Both the position numbers and the translations under genes were made by a program. Positions 62,667 to 64,000 of a DNA stretch of 64,000 nucleotides are shown piece after piece. The DNA comes from Neocallimastix sp. 'constans' (Eukaryota): contig JBODTK010000106.1 of NCBI GenBank assembly GCA_050613775.1, positions 1-64,000 on the forward strand, read 5' to 3'. Within the stretch, counting starts at the first letter, position 1, and each line of letters opens with the position of its first letter. The notes under the pieces are model-generated. The model made no database searches. It was given only the letters and a program-made list of their open reading frames with translations, and had not been told where the DNA came from.

Positions 62667-64000
62667 ATGGATTTTGTAACTTTTGGTAAAAATAATTTTA
62701 TTTGTTAATATTAATATTATTTATTATTATTATTATTATTATATATTCAATATATATTAATTAATATGCATTTCTTATAATATATTTAATTATATATTAA
62801 TAATAGAACCTAGTGATAGTTTACATTTTGTCAAAAAATCAAATAGTAGAAATCTTGATGGTAAATTAATATATTTTTAGAAGTATATTTTTTTTTTTTT
62901 TTTTCTATTAGAAATAAATTACAAAAATATGTAATATTTTTATGATATAAAAAATAATATTTATTAATGTATCTAATCTTCAATATATTAATACATCAAG
63001 AAACTGGATCACCAAAGAATGAATCCAATGCAAAGTCAATTATAACAATAAGCAATAACAATCCCGACCAGATAATCGGTATTTAATAATTTTTTTTTTT
63101 GTTTGAAAATCAATATATTCCATATACATATTGGTAGATATTATATATATATATTAATTATATTATTTTTATTTAATGAAAAATACAGGATTTAAAATTA
63201 AAACAACCTCCCCTCATAAATTTTGTGTTCGCCCAAGTGTTGGAAAAATTTTACCAAATAAAAAATCTGAAATTTCGGTTTATATTAGAATCCATGAAGT
63301 AATAATTATTTTATCACTATTTCTAATTTAATAAATGAATTTTAAGAGTATTAAATTAATGATATTAATAACTTTTAATATATGTATATGCTTCTATGAA
63401 TTATTTTAAACTTTTATTATTTATTTATTCAAAATAATTTTTAATAATTTTACTTATATAGAATAAAAAGTTAAATTCAGTAAGTTCTGACAAATTTTTA
63501 ATTCAAACAACTGTAATTTCAAGTGACATTGCTAATCTTAGCCAAGAACAGTCTATAGAAAAAATTGGTGAAGAATTTAAAAAATTAGATAAATTAAAGA
63601 AGACTTCACCTGCTGAAGTTGCTAATTTATTGAAAGAACATAAACTTCTTTGTGATATATCTGGTCTACCGAATATCAGTATCGATGATTCAAAGAAAGC
63701 AGTAACCTTAAATTCTTCAGAATCACCAAAGGACAAATCCTTAGCTTCTCCATTAACACCAAATGTTGCATCACCAGATAAAAAATCCCGAACAGAATTA
63801 AACGAAAACGAACTTTTAGAAAAGAATCCAAATAATATTGGGGAAGCTAATGCAATTATAAAAGAATTGGAAAATGCTATTCAAAAGTATTCTGCTGATA
63901 GTTTAAAGAATGATTTAGTTAAAACAGGAAGTTTTATCAGTGAATCAATAAATGATGATACTACAAAAAAGATTAATGAACAAACAGGACTTTTAAGTGG
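62667..64000 (+). CDS. MSP-domain (VAP/Scs2-like) protein, 3' end outside the window
   Basis: Spliced MDFVTFEPSDSLHF…ITISN…IGFKIKTTSPHKFCVRPSVGKILP…DKFLIQ; GT-AG introns. Confidence 0.85.

Overview
Extremely AT-rich eukaryotic DNA with short GT-AG introns, long (TAT)n/(TAAA)n microsatellites and homopolymer tracts. This most resembles an anaerobic gut fungus (Neocallimastigomycota); the assignment is inferred from composition and gene content. Apparently intact genes: an SPX-VTC (Vtc4-like) polyphosphate polymerase that ends without the usual transmembrane domain, an 839-aa low-complexity orphan, DET1 with a ~700-aa Asn/Ser insert, a Kcs1-like IP6 kinase, a Ptc2/3-type PP2C, an intronless bacterial-type purU, a 446-aa basic Q/K-rich orphan, a RING-TRAF zinc finger-SPRY protein, BMT5, and the 5' part of an MSP/VAP protein. 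Between the genes are decayed LINEs (six pieces with related 3' ends), Ty1/copia remnants, an unclassified repeat family, secreted-protein pseudogenes and scrambled MTR4 fragments. The strongest finding is a U12-type AT-AC minor-spliceosome intron needed to keep DET1 in frame. Other highlights are the TM-less Vtc4 with intact catalytic motifs, the cyanobacterial-looking PurU, the TRAF-like ligase with SPRY instead of MATH, and the WG-repeat orphan. Gene models were spliced by eye and homologies are from memory, not database searches.
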